Assembly: GCF_004010195.1 (NCBI RefSeq) | Contig: NC_057718.1 | Location: 18,313,689 to 18,377,688 of the forward strand | Length of the DNA stretch: 64,000 bases | Reading direction: 5' to 3' | From: Chiloscyllium plagiosum | Lineage: Eukaryota | In this document: positions 1-12,649 of the stretch, one piece after another | Layout of the letters: every line of letters begins with the position of its first letter | How positions within the stretch are numbered: the stretch's first letter is position 1 | Translations under genes and position numbers: made by a program | The notes under the pieces: generated by a model | Told to the model about the DNA's origin: nothing | What the model saw: the letters and a program-made list of their open reading frames with translations, nothing else | The model's database searches: none

Positions 1-693
1 CCTTTAAGCCCCCTCTTCATGCCCTTCTCAAAACTTCCATGGCCTGTTGTCCAATACCTACCTCAGGCAGGGGCTGGAAGATCCAATGAGGTGACTATTT
101 TCCATTTTTCAAGGTTGCAGGACATTCACTTGTCATGCTGCGTCACCGGCTTCCGACTCAGCTGGGCACCACCAAGTAGCGGTGGCATTCTTCTTACAAA
201 GCAGGTCCACTGGAGGGATAAACAACAGTTTGTTCTGAAGCAATGTGGCCATGAGCAGCTGATCAGGCAGTTCCAAGCCTGTGTGGCTTCAATGGGAGGA
301 TAATTGTCTAAGGTGTGGCTGAATGAAAACCATCTGTTCCAGCTCTGCAGTTTGCAAACTGCAGTGCTTGGCTGGGTTTAAACTGGGCTTCCACATTTTG
401 AGTTTTTTATCAATGCTCATGAGAAAGTATCAGGTCATAGGTCACTTGGTCACACTGTCCACCTCTGAGTAAGCACAAATGTTTGCATGAGCATAGCAAC
501 ATCCAGTAACATCCTCAGGATCTCTCAATATGTTTAAGCTTCCGTGAATTATATTGGGAAGTGATGTCGCTGTTTTTCAGACAAGTAGAATTTTCCTCTT
601 GTCAGATGGGAGGGGGAGTTAGGAAGAACAATGGTTAAATGATTCTGAGCTACTCTTTGGTCCATTTCTAACCTACGTCAAGTTAATAGCTTG

Positions 694-850
694 AATTTAA
701 CATGGCCAATTCACCTGGCCTGTACATCTTTGGATTGTGGGAGGAAACCGGAGCACCCGGAGGAAACCCACATAGTCAGTCGCCCAAGGCTGGAATCAAA
801 CCCAGGTCCCTGGTGCTGTGAAGTCTAAGCACTGAGCCACCGTGTCGCCC
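694..850 (-). mobile_element. HE1-like (V-SINE) tRNA-derived SINE, partial
   Basis: Reverse complement gives gggcgacacggtggctcagt (A box), gggtttgattcc (B box) and the conserved core gggtttcctccgggtgctccggtttcctcccac shared by many copies in the window. Confidence 0.85.
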
Positions 851-1113
851 CAAAAGTGACAAGGTGCAATGTCACTAAGAGAGGAAAAAGACCTTCTAAG
901 AGAAAATTATTTACACAGAGGATTGTTGAGACATTTTCTACAACAGTTTAGACAGAGACCATTACATTTTTAAGGGGAAAATTAGATAAGGCTTTGGAGC
1001 AGAGATATGTAATGATATGGGATATAGTGGAACAGTTGGGTTCATAAATATAGACTCAGCATAAGAATTGATCTCAGCGAAATGTTTAAAAAATTCTTAA
1101 AAGGTAGGACAAA

Positions 1114-1407
1114 AGATTAGATCAGTTTAGTTACCCTACAATGAGGAAACAGACCCTTTGGCCCAACAAACCCACACCAACCCTCTGAAGAGCAACCCCC
1201 CCGACCCACTTCCCTCTGACTAATGCACCTAACAATGTGGGAAATTTAGCATGGCTAATCCACTTGACCTGCACATCTTTGGACTGTGGGAGGAAACCTA
1301 CACAGACATGGGGAGAATGTGCAAACTCCATACAGACTGTCGCCCAAGGCTGGAATTGAACTTAGGTCCCTGGCACTGTGAGACTGCAGTGCTAGCCACT
1401 GTGCCAC
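1114..1407 (-). mobile_element. HE1-like SINE
   Basis: Same head, core and CR1-derived tail (ctaatc repeats) as other copies. Confidence 0.9.
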
Positions 1408-1723
1408 TCACATGATGATATACATGGTTCGAGATATTTTGGGGCTGGAGAATCAGGAGACATCAGCTGAGATTGTTGTGTGAGTTCAGGAAGCCGTGGC
1501 TTGCGCACTTTTGTAGCTTCTGAGCTTCACTCTGAGACCCATGTGTGATCTTACCCAGGGTTTCGGTTTTCTCATGCACAGCAGCTTGTGTGCTGCAAAG
1601 GGTTTGGGAGCAATGAGGATAATAAGGTGGGCATTTTCAAAAGCTCTTGTACCAATCCATACACCCTCACACCCCATCTCACTCCATATCATCTCAGATC
1701 ATATATGTCCCAGATATCACATA

Positions 1724-2068
1724 TGACGTACAAGATGATCAGACGATTAGATAGGGTGGACAGTGAGAGCCTTTTCCCTCAAATGGTGATGGATAGCATG
1801 AGGGGACATAGCTTTAAATTGAGGGGTGATAGATATATGACTGATGTCAGAGCTAGGTTCTTTACTCAGAGAGTAATTAGGGCGTGGAATTCCCTGCCTG
1901 CAACAGTAGTAGACTCACCAAATTTAAAGGCATTTTGAATGGTCAATGGATAAACATATGGATGATTGTGGAATAGTGTAGGTTAGATGGGCTTAAGGTT
2001 GATTCCACAGGTTGATGCACATTGAGGGCTGAAGGATCTATACTGCGCTGTAATGTTCTATGTTCTAT
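1724..2068 (+). mobile_element. CR1/HER1-like LINE 3' end
   Basis: ORF2 C-terminus YKMIRRLDRVD...RGHSFKLRG...FFTQRVIRAWNSLP followed by a 3' UTR ending in (ttctatg)n. Confidence 0.9.
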
Positions 2069-3377
2069 AGATCCATCATGCCCTCTTCATGCTGCATCAT
2101 TGTACTGACTATAGCCACTCACCCAATATGCATGATGCACACTTCTTAAAAACAATTCAATAGCAAGGGAAATTATCCTAAATGCTATTATTCATGTAAA
2201 TGAAAACATTTGATAATGTAGTAATACTTCCATTCAAGTCTGTCCAGAATACTGCAAAAACAAATGTACACCATTGAAAGAAAGTTAATCCTTGAAATGG
2301 CCATTTGGATCAAACCGTGTCAGCAACAGAGAAGTGACTATAACCTTATAAACTACCAATGACTCTCCCGAACAGTTGCATAAAGTTGGATATTCACTTC
2401 AGGAAAAGAACTTGACAGATTAAAAACTGCACAGTTTAGGCCTCAGCCAAATATTCCTAATAGGCCCAGCTGTTAAAAGCTTGCAACTACAAGAAACTCA
2501 AATTGGAAAGCAAAGACTGTGCCCTCTCCATTTTGAAGCTTTTCAAACAGTAGGGGACAGCAGGTGCTTAACTTCTGTAACTCTCAAAAGCAGAGTCTTT
2601 TTTTCCATTTGGAGCTACAACAAGGACTAGGAAAGTTTGCTAACACATTTCTCTAGATTTGGTTGATTGGGTTAGATAAAAAGGGGTGGGAAGAGGCTCA
2701 TGGGAAGCGTTAACACAGCATGGAATTGTTGGATCAAATTATTTAATTCTGTATTGTAAATACTTTGTAATCATTTTGCACACCACTGTTTCTTTACTAT
2801 TAGCTTCCTTGGTTCATTACATTATCCTTTTTTTTTGTTATTTCCATATGCTTTCAGCTATGTTATTTTTGCCTTCTTAGTGTTAAAGCTCTGTTGCCTT
2901 CTCCCACTACATTCTGCTGTACAAATTGGGATCGCCAACTCTTCTTTGAACACTTCCCAAGAGGTTTCATTATGTGACGTCTCAGTTCCCACTGTCTCAC
3001 CTCCACCATTACATCTGTTCTCACAGTGCATTTTTTTCCTAAGCCAATTGAGAAGTGAAAAGACTCTACTTGGCTGAATTATTGTCATCTGGTGAAAAGG
3101 TCCCTTTTACAGCTAACAAGCATTCAACGAAAATGAATCAAAAGTGCAATTTAGTTTTTTTTAAATGTCTCAATAATTTTCCTCCTTGTCTGCCTGCAGC
3201 AATGTCCTGAAGATGGATCTTTAATTTCTAAACACTCTGGCACAGTCACTGAGGTTTTACAATCTTGTCTCTATATCATGTTTGGAGATTCACACTTATA
3301 TTACTTTCACCTACATAAGATACAGAAGAGGCAAAGAGGAAAGAGCAAGTTGATTTACCAAGCTCATCCCACTTTAA

Positions 3378-3493
3378 AGCTCTCTTCCTCCCTCTACAAT
3401 TCTTCTGTTCCTTGGATGCTGCCTGACCTGTTGCATTTTTCCAGCAACACATTTTCAGCTCTGATCTCCAGCGTCTGCAGTCCTCACTTTCTC
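3378..3493 (+). mobile_element. Short Penelope-terminus-derived element (hammerhead part lost)
   Basis: ggatgctgcctgacctg...ctccagcgtctgcagtcctcactttctc, flanked by the 15-bp direct repeat ctcatcccactttaa (3363-3377, 3494-3508). Confidence 0.8.
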
Positions 3494-4711
3494 CTCATCC
3501 CACTTTAAGCCAACCCTCCAAATGAAACAAATTGACCGACACCGTTGTTATCTCTTGTCATTCTCAGCTTCATTACAGAAGCACACTGTTCCTCTCTCTC
3601 TCAACTGTGCATCCAGCTACTCTGATCTTAAGCATTTTCATCTTTGCCAAAAATCTGTCAAGCTCTTTTCCTTGAGTGAATATCCAGCTTTATCTTTCAC
3701 CACACTAGGGTGACTTTATCCCATTTACAATTGATCCAGTAAGGATTTACCTAATCCAAACATACTTCACAACTGTGCGTCCAATTTGAAGATCACTATC
3801 TCTTTGTTCTTGTTGACAGCAATATTTGGTCAGAGCACACTATTAAGTGCAAAATCCTGATTTTGGTGTGAAATATTCCTTAATTATCCAATCTTTAAGC
3901 TCAGGGTTTTGGATAGCAGTCAGAATGCTAAGGTATTGGTGGTTGCACCATAACTGTGAAAAAGAATGTATATTCTGTCTAAAATTGCTGAACTTATTAG
4001 TTAATAGGTTGTGGTTTAGCAATCTACAAATCAGCAACTTTTCTAGAAAGATTGAGCCAAGATTAATTCTAATTCAGGTAGATCCTTCCTTGGCAGAATT
4101 ACTTCTTTGCCTATTAGAGTTTAGGCGTGTAATCAGCTGCATTCTGTGAGAAAAGAAAGAACATTTTATTTCTGTTTAACATATTTGCAATAAAGAACTT
4201 CCAAACTTTGATTTTTATCTGCTTCCTGAATAATTCTAATGTCTCTGATAGATTTCCGTTCCTAAAGAAAATAAAAGAAGATTCTGAAACCCAGTCTTAC
4301 AACATCAAGAGCTGAGCTGTGAATCATTTGTCCTGTACCTTACGCTTTATCCAAAAGGAAATTGTGAAAGCCCTTAGTAAAGTGGTTTTGAAGAGGCCTC
4401 CAGTTCTCTGACTTTGAAACTTTAAGCGCTGGGGTGACTTGGTGAAGCCATATTCATGGCACTATGGTTATTGTTTGCAAATGTTCCCACTTGCAGTTAG
4501 TGTGGTAGTGTGTGAGTTTCAAGATGTCCAGTTTGCCTTAGGCCAAGATGAACTTTCTCATGCAATCTCCTATTTTTCTCCTCATTAATTAGTCAACTGA
4601 TCTGTTGTTGCTGTTCTCAGGGAATTGCATAGCCATAGAGGTCACAGTGTGCATCAATATGGGGTCTTCCAACTTTCATGTCTCTGGCACCATATATAAA
4701 GCCCATAGTGG

Positions 4712-5030
4712 ATGGCATGGTGGCACAGAGGTTAGCATTGCTGTCTCAAAGCACCAGGGCCTGAGTTTGATTCCAGCCTCAGGTGACTGCCAATATGGAG
4801 TTTGCATATTTCCCCATGTCTGCTTGGGTGTGCTCTGGTTTCCTCCCCAGTCCAAAAATGTGCAGTTAGTTGGATTGCCCATGCTAATTTGCTCTGTAGT
4901 GTGCAGGCTAGGTGGATTAGCCATGGTGGGGGTGGGAGAGAGGTGAGTGTCAAGGTGGGATGCTCTTCAGAGGGTTGGTACAGACACAATGGGCCGAATG
5001 GCCTATATTCCCCACTGTTGGGATTCTATA
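4712..5030 (+). mobile_element. HE1-like SINE
   Basis: ggcatggtggcacagaggttagc head, conserved core, tail ending gggattctat. Confidence 0.85.
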
Positions 5031-5589
5031 TAAAGTGTAATACCGTTTCAAACATTGTAAGCCAAACCCACCTCCCTAACTGTGCTGTTTGACCCTGGCA
5101 TTGTTTCCCCCATTTCCAGGAAAGGCCTCTGCAGAGCAGTCCTTTTTCCTGCTGACTGCCAAATAAGGCCACAAAAAGACCCAGAATGTTAGTGAGAGCT
5201 TCCTGTGAACAAATTGCCTACCATGTGTCCTATTTTACAATAGTGACCACATCTCGGAAGTACTTTATGACCTCTAAGCTTTGGAGTGCCCGGAAGTCAC
5301 GAAATACAAGGATTTTTTTTAAATTAGAAGAGACATGTTCAAACAAGATTTTATTTACAATGAACTAATCAAAAAGTGTATGTATATATGAATTAGGAGC
5401 AAGATTACACTGCTCTTCTGTTCAATAAGATCATGGCTGCTCTGATGACTCCACATTCCCATCTAAATCTGAACAGAAATTGCAACACAGGCCAGTGCTG
5501 TGTGTCATCTATTAAAAAAAGATGTCTAGAAATGCAGCAGGATAACCAATGTATTCTGCACTCAATAAAGACCGCATCTTTTTCCCTTT

Positions 5590-6370
5590 ATTTGGGACAG
5601 GCAAATCAGAGCAGGACTTACACACTTAGTGGTAAGGTCCTGGGGAGTGTTGCTGAGCAAAAAGATCTCGGAGTGCAAGTTCATAGTTTCTTGAAAGTAG
5701 AGTTGCAGGTAGATAGGATAGTAATGAAGGCAGTTGGTATGCTTTTTGTTTTGGTCAGAGTATTGAGTATAGAAGTTGGGAGGTCATGTTGTGGCTGTAC
5801 AGGACATTGGTTAGACTGCTTTTGGAATCCTGTCTTCAATTTTGGCCTCCCTGCTATAGGAAGGATGTTGTGAAACTTGAAAGGGTTCAAAAAGATTTAC
5901 AAGGATGTTGCCAGGGCTGGATGATTTGAGCTATAGGGAGAAGCTGAATAGGCTGGGGCTGTTTTCCCTGGAGTGTCGGAGGCTGAGGGGGTGACATTAT
6001 AGAGGTTTATAAAATCACAAGAGGCATGGATAGGGTAAATAGACAAGGTCTTTTCCCTGGGGTCGGGGAGTCCAGAACTAGAGAGCATACGTCTGGGTGA
6101 GACGTGAAAGATTTAAAAGGGACCTAAGGGGTAACGTTTTCATGCAGAGGGTGGTACATGTATGGAATGATCTGCCAGAGGACGTGGTGGAGGCTGGTAC
6201 AATTACAAGATTTAAAAGACATCTGGATGGGTATATGAATAGGAAGGGTTTAGAGGGGGATGGGTCAAATGCTGGCAAATGGGACTAGATTAATTTAAGA
6301 TATCTGGTCAGCATGGAAAAGTTGGACCGAAGGGCCTGTTTCCGTGCTGCATAACTCTATTACTCTAGGA
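5590..6370 (+). mobile_element. CR1-like LINE 3' fragment
   Basis: QKDLGVQVHSFLK...; RERFKRDLRGNVFMQRVVHVWNDLP; 3' UTR with actctat tail. Confidence 0.9.
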
Positions 6371-6857
6371 CTGCGAAATAAAAGAGGAAGATACTCCTTT
6401 CAAACAAAAAGACCATGAACAGAGATGGCAGCAATTTTTTAATCCTGTTTACTGATGACTATTGTCAGTTGTACAAAATACTGTTTTTTCCTAAAACAGT
6501 GAGAACAAAAAATAGACCCGAACAAGAAGACAATTACTTGACAACAACATTTTGATTGGCTCCTGACCAACTGACCATGGCTTGTATGGGGCCAGTGCAG
6601 CAGAAACACCTATCCTATAAAAATAAAGCATCAAACATCTCTCTCCAGGTCTCTCTCTGTAGATAACAGAAAGTGTCTGGTAACACAAAGCTGAGTTCCA
6701 CTCACCTTCCTGTGAAGGAGTAACAAAGTACAGTCAAATACAGAAGGGGTGAATTCTCAATGATTGAAAGAAAGACTCCAGTGTAAGAGACTCCCCTTGA
6801 ACCTGTGCCACTGTCATGGCTAGTCTTCTAACTCAATTCCACTTTCCCTCAGTGTCC

Positions 6858-7345
6858 ATGAAACCATAAGGTGTAGAAGCAGAAGTAAACCGTTTGGCCC
6901 ATCAAGTCTGCTGTGCCATTCAAAGAGATCTTGGGTCATCTGATGATTTTAACTCAACTTTTCTGTCTTTTCCCCATAACCCTTGATTCCATTACTGATG
7001 TCTCTCTCAGCTTTGAATATATTTAATGACCCAATGTCAACAGCCCTCTGTGATGAAGAGGTCCAAAGATTCAGTATCCTTTGAGAGCAGAAATTCATCC
7101 TTATCTCTGTCTTAAATGTGTCTTATTCCAAAATTATCCTGTATGGTCCTAAACTCCCTTCCAAGGGGAAGCAACCTTTCTGTCAAGTTCCCTAAGAGTC
7201 ATGTATATTTTAATAAAGTCACCTCTTATTTTCCATATTCAAACAAACACAAGCCCAATCTACTCACCCTCTCCTTGTAAGACAATCCCTTTGGATCAGG
7301 TATCAGCCTCGTAGACATTCTCTGGGCTCTGATGCCAGTATAACG
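6858..7345 (-). mobile_element. CR1-like LINE 3' fragment, diverged
   Basis: Reverse-complement similarity to CR1 3' UTR/ORF2 end seen elsewhere (e.g. 44460-44900). Confidence 0.7.
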
Positions 7346-7607
7346 TCTGTTTAACTGAGTCTTGATTATTTTCAATGACTGATCAACCATCGCTCCGTGG
7401 AGTTGAGAATTCTAAAGCCTCATAAGCCTCTGGGAAATGTAATCCTTCTTTATACAAAAAACAAAGTTAAAACCACTTAATACCTACAGTAAGTGACTGG
7501 AAATTGTTGGTTCCAGATCATTCATAAATAGAAGCTCAAGAATTAGGAGTAGAAATAGACCATTCAGCCCTTCAAACCTGCTCTGTCATTCAACTAAATC
7601 ATGATTA

Positions 7608-9250
7608 GAGACAAAAAAAACTGCAGTGGTGGAATCCAAAATAGACTGGCAAGAGGCTGGAAGAACACAGCGAGCCAGGCAGCATCAGGAGGTGGAGAAG
7701 TCAAGGTTTTGGCTGTAACCCTTCTTCAGGACTGGGGGGTGGGTGGAAGGGGAGCTGCAAATAAAGGGGGTGGGGCATCAGGGTGGTGAGGTGGGGATAG
7801 GTGATCACAGGTAGAGGGTACGACCTGGTTGGTCAATGGGCGGAATGAATCTGGTTGGTAGCCAGAAGGAAGGGTCAGTGAGAGGAATGGAAGGGAGAGA
7901 GAGGGGCTGGGAAAGGAGTCGGGGGGATGGGAAGGGAGGTTATTTGAAATTGGAGAACTCAATGTTGAGTCCTCTGGGCTGTAGGCTGGCCAGGCTGCTG
8001 CTCTTCCAATTTACGGTGTGGTTCTTTGTGGCAAAGGAGGAGGCCAAGGATGGTCATGTCGGAAAGGGAGTGGGAAAAGGAATTAAAATGGGTGGTGACT
8101 GGAAGGTCAGGTCAGCCCTTGAGGGCCGGGCTGAGATGCTCGGTGAACCATTCCCTTAGACTACGTTTGGTCTCCCTGATGTAGAGAAGACCACATCTGG
8201 AGCACCAGATACAGTACATTAGGTTGGAGGAGAGACAGGTGACCCTCTGTATCACCTGGAAGGACTGTTTGGAGCCCTGGATGGAGGTGAGGAGGTTGGT
8301 GTGCCAACAGGTTTGCATCTTTTCCACTTGCAGGGGAAGGTACCTGAGGGGTTGAGGGGGTTGGTGGGAAGAGTGGCATGAACCAAGGATTGGCAAAAGG
8401 AAAGGTCCTTGTGGAAGGCAGAGATGGGTGAGGGCAGGAAGATATCCTTGGAGGTGGGGTCTAGTTGGAGTTGGCAGAAATGTTTAAGGATGATACGTTG
8501 GATGCGAAGACTGGTGTGGTGGTAGGTGAGGATAAAGGGGATCCTGTCTTTATTGCATTTGGGGGGTGGTTTAGAGCAGTTGAATGGGGAATGGATGTGG
8601 TGTGGTGAAGGGCTGGCTGGATGACAGAGGGAGGAAAAGCACGTTGTTCAAAATAGATGTACATCTGGGATACTTGGGATTGAAATGTCTCCTCGTCCAA
8701 GCAGATGAATCAGAGGCGGAGGAATTGGGAGAATGGGCTGGAGTTCTTACAGGATACTAGGCGGGGAGGAGGTGTAGTCCAGGTAGTTTTGAGAGTTTGT
8801 GGGTTAATACTAAACATCCGTTCTGGAGACTGTTGCCGGAGATGGAAATGGAGAGGTTGGGAAAGGGGAGGGTGGTGTTCTAGATGGACCAAGTGAATTT
8901 GAGGGCGGGGTGGAAGTTATGGGCGAAGTCGATGAACTGCTCCAGTTCAGCCTGGGTGCACTGATGCAGTCATCGATGTAATGGTGGTAGAATTGGGGCA
9001 CAGTACCTGTGTATATACTGAAGAGGAGAAAGTGAGGTCTGCAGATGCTGGAGACCAGAGTTCCCTCCCCCTTACCTTTTATCTCAGCCCGCTTGGCACA
9101 CCAGCCTCATTCCTGAAGAAGGGCTTATTATTTCTCCTGCTCCTCGGATGCTGCCTGACCTACTGTGTTTTTCCAGCACCACACTTTTCAACCTAGGTAC
9201 TGAAGAGGGACTGTTTGACGTCACATCAAAGAAGCAGGCATAGCTGGTAC
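7608..9250 (-). mobile_element. Penelope-like element, 5'-truncated, frameshifted RT plus GIY-YIG endonuclease
   Basis: Minus-strand peptides YHHYIDDCI (RT) and RVTCLSSNLMYCIWCSRCGLLYIRETKRSLRE (GIY-YIG); terminal repeat with a decayed hammerhead near 7700-7735. Confidence 0.9.
9026..9197. mobile_element. Short Penelope-terminus-derived element nested in the Penelope RT
   Basis: agaaagtgaggtctgcagatgctggag...cctgaagaagggctt...ccagcaccacac; flanking repeat tactgaagagg at 9015-9025 and 9198-9208. Confidence 0.75.
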
Positions 9251-9253
9251 CTA

Positions 9254-9673
9254 GACCTGGAGAGAGATGGCTGATGCTTTAGTTTTGCAGGATAGGTGTT
9301 TCTGCTGCACTGGCCCCATACCAAGCCATGGTCACTTGGTCAGGAGCTAATTAAAATGTTTTGTCAAGTAATTGTCATCTGGTTTGGGTCTGTCTTCTTT
9401 TGCTCTTCCTGTTCTAGGAAAAGACAATATTGTGTACAACTGACAATAATCACCAGTGAACAGGATTTAAAAAAAAACTGCAGCCATCTCTGTTCGCATT
9501 CTCTTTGTTTGCAAGAAGTATCTTCCTCTTTTATTGAATAGAGTTCAGAGAGATGTATAGCATGGAAACAGACCCTTCGGTCCAACTCATCCATGCCAAC
9601 CCGAAATCCTAAATTAATCTCGTCCCATTTGCCAGCACTTAGCCCATATCCCACTGAATCCTTCCTATTCATG
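9254..9673 (-). repeat. Inverted diverged duplicate of 6235-6650 (CR1 tail plus its unique 3' flank)
   Basis: Reverse complement aligns co-linearly by eye, e.g. ccatggcttg...ggggccagtgcagcagaaacacctatcct and aataaaagaggaagatact. Confidence 0.85.
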
Positions 9674-10517
9674 GCTGATCATTTACCTCAAAGCTATTTT
9701 CCTGCACCATTCCCATCACCCTTGATACTTTCAATGTCTAGAAATAGTCTCAATAGCGAGGAAACAAAAATAGAGCCTGCAAGGCTACACCAACCAGTGC
9801 CTTTCAGATTGTCTTATTTTTAATTGCCAGTGAGTGCCCTATGCATCTTCGTTGGAATTATACAAGAAAAACCGTCATTATCTATGGTAGGTCTTTCAGA
9901 ATGTATTATCGCAATTGTTAACGATTGGCGATAGTTTAATAAATCATTGCATTTCCAGAGTTTGCTCAAGGAAAGCAGCAGAGTAAGAGTAACATATTTT
10001 TTATAGATTTGGGGTGACTCAGTTACAGTCATTTAGTGCTTTCCAAAGTGATATGCAATCAGACTGTGTTTAATTTAGTCCAATTCATCCATAATTATTA
10101 GTTTAACTGGTGCTCTTTTTTTTACGAAAACTGGTGCTTTTCTACTTGGGTGGTAATGCTTTACATCTGGGAGCAATTCACAATACAGCCTTCCACTGTT
10201 CAGTGATTATGCCAAAATCTTGATTCCTTGTGTAAATGCACTAACTCACTCCTACTGACTGAATGACTCTGTAAGAAGGGACCTTGGGGTTAAATTGCAA
10301 TCGGGTCACTTGTGCTTAATCTTTCACAGGTCATGAGTATCACTGGCTTGGCCAGTATTTGTTGCCCATTCCAAATTACCCTTTAATGTGGGAGGAATCA
10401 AATATTAAAGTAAACATGTTGCAATTCAGCAATGTGTGCCATTGGTAAGACCACATCTCAAATACTGTCTGCTGTTTTGGCCTCCTTATTTAAGGAAGAA
10501 TGTAAATGAATTGGATG

Positions 10518-10753
10518 TGAAATAACTCCACAGAGATCAGTATCCTGTCACCAAGATACCTTGCATTTACCTGTGGAGAGTCCTTGACACTGATCTGGCT
10601 TCCTCAGAGCCAGCTCTCAGAGTGCACAGAATCTCTGACTCTCCTGTTTATATCTGTCAGCCAGGGCTCCCTGTTTGGACCAGGTTAACAGCCCCAATCA
10701 GGGAACTCATACTCTATGAGGTTCACCTCGCTGACCTTGTTACAATCATAGCA
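10518..10753 (-). mobile_element. Solo LTR (236 bp)
   Basis: TG...CA termini; 5-bp TSD GGATG (10513-10517, 10754-10758); tataaa on the minus strand; homologous copy at 39975-40857. Confidence 0.85.
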
Positions 10754-10888
10754 GGATGCAGTACAGAGACAGTTCACTAGATTGATAACTGGAATGAGCA
10801 GACTGTCTTATGAGGGAAGGTTGGACTGGCTGGGTCTGTTTGCACTGGGGTTCAGAAGAATGAGGGCTTATTAGATTGAGATTTGTAA

Positions 10889-11190
10889 GATTAGATTCCC
10901 TACAGTAAGGAAACAGACCCTTTGGCCCAACAAATCCACACCACCCAGAACCATTCCCCTACCCTATATTTACCCCTGACTAATGCACCTATCACCATGG
11001 GCAATTTAGCATGGTCAATTCACCTGGCCTGCACACCTTTGGATTGTGGGAAGAAACCAGACCACCTGGAAGAAACCCACGTAGACACGGGGAGAATGTG
11101 CAAACTCCCCACAGGGTAGCCCAAGGGTGGAATCGAACCCGGGTCCCTAGAACTATGAGGCAGCCATGCTAACCACTGAGCCACCGTGTC
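10889..11190 (-). mobile_element. HE1-like SINE
   Basis: Full head (acacggtggctcagtggttagc), core and tail. Confidence 0.9.
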
Positions 11191-11297
11191 CCTCCAATGG
11201 TCTTGTTAAGGTGGATGGGGTAAGGAAGTTTACTCTTGCGAGTGAGTCCTGAACTGTTTTAAAATTAACGACCATGCTTTTAGGCCAGGAATGAGGC

Positions 11298-11826
11298 CTT
11301 ATCACTAGACTGTTAATCCAGAGACCAGGTCATGTTCTGGGGACCCAGGGGTTCAAATTCCGTAGCTGGTCGCATTTAAGTTTAAAACAAATTCTGTAAT
11401 TAAGAGTCTAATGATGATCATGTAATCATTGTCAATTGCTGAGAAAAACACCTATGGTTCACTAATATCCTTCAGGGAAGGAAATCTGCCATCCTTACCT
11501 TGTTTGGCCTCTATGGTGAAGAGAGAGAGAAAAAAAACACCGCTGCCCGCTACCGGTAAGCACTTTTAAAACCAAACGGTCTTACCTTCGCTGCTGCTCG
11601 CACTGGAAATTCAGGTTCTGGGGATTCAGGTTCGAATCCCACCATGGCAAATGGTGGAATTTGTATTCAATTAAAAAAGCTGGAATCGAGAGTGCTAGGG
11701 GAAAGAAACAACTATCCTCACCTGGTCTGGTTTCCATGTAACTCCAGACCACAACAATGTGGTTGACTTTTAACTACCCTCTGGGATGGGCAATAAATGC
11801 TATCATTGCCACCAGTGTGTGCATCC
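11298..11826 (+). mobile_element. Two tandem fragments of a second tRNA-derived SINE family with a LINE-derived tail
   Basis: B-box gggttcaaattcc / ggttcgaatccc; shared ggaaggaaatctgccatccttacct motif; tail ggcaataaatgct. Confidence 0.7.
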
Positions 11827-12649
11827 CTTTTTTATCTCAGAGAGTTGTGACTTTGGAACTTCCTGCCTCAGAGATGGTGAAGGCGGGATCATTGAATAAA
11901 TTTAAAGTGTAGATAGATTGATTCTTGTTAGATTGATGTTAGGTGAGATGAATGAAAGGTTATCAGGGATGCAAATTGATCAGTCACGAGCTTATCGAAT
12001 GGCAGAGTAGCAGTAAAGATATTCAAGGGCACTGATGTGATAATTGCGGTCTGCTGCCATTGTGGTGCAGTATAGTGTGGTATCTAGGATCTTGATGTCA
12101 TATTTTTTCCAAGATGGCCATCGCTGTAAACGCTGATCTGTTGTTGATACAATGATTGATGTTTCACCTTCACAGAATATTTCATGAGGTGATAATTATG
12201 CTGGCTCCTGTAACATAAGAATAAGACAAGGGTAACACAATACTGAAATATTCAACTGGCTTTTACTGCAGCTTCTGGAAACCACAGGAACTTATGTATT
12301 AGGACTCCAATAGAACATCCCAGATATAAACTACAGCATACTTCCCTTAGTGTGTCACGCTGCAAGAGAACCTAAAGATGGAGACTGAGAACTATATACC
12401 ATCCAGTCACATGTTATGGTAAAGTGAGGATAGCACTTGGATATCTCTTAAAGATATATTGTGTACTAGGGCTGAGCCATGACATATCAATCCCTTTTTT
12501 TCCAAAGAAAAATAAATCACAAACAAATATGCATGAATGTCCATAACTGATAATTATGCAAACAAGTAAAATAGAATTAATGATGTTAACAATTCAAACT
12601 GAAAAAAAAGGTTAACGTCCTGATCTGGTGATCATGTCATTTTTGGTTA

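Larger units (their letters stand above)
10400..12010 (+). mobile_element. Diverged CR1 LINE 3' fragment split by several insertions
   Basis: ttggtaagaccacatctc...ttttggcctccttatttaaggaag; pieces resume at 10754, 11190 and about 11830. Confidence 0.7.

Noticed and set aside
4075..4165. Minus-strand splice acceptor followed by a short open frame
   Set aside because: No recognisable protein or partner exon
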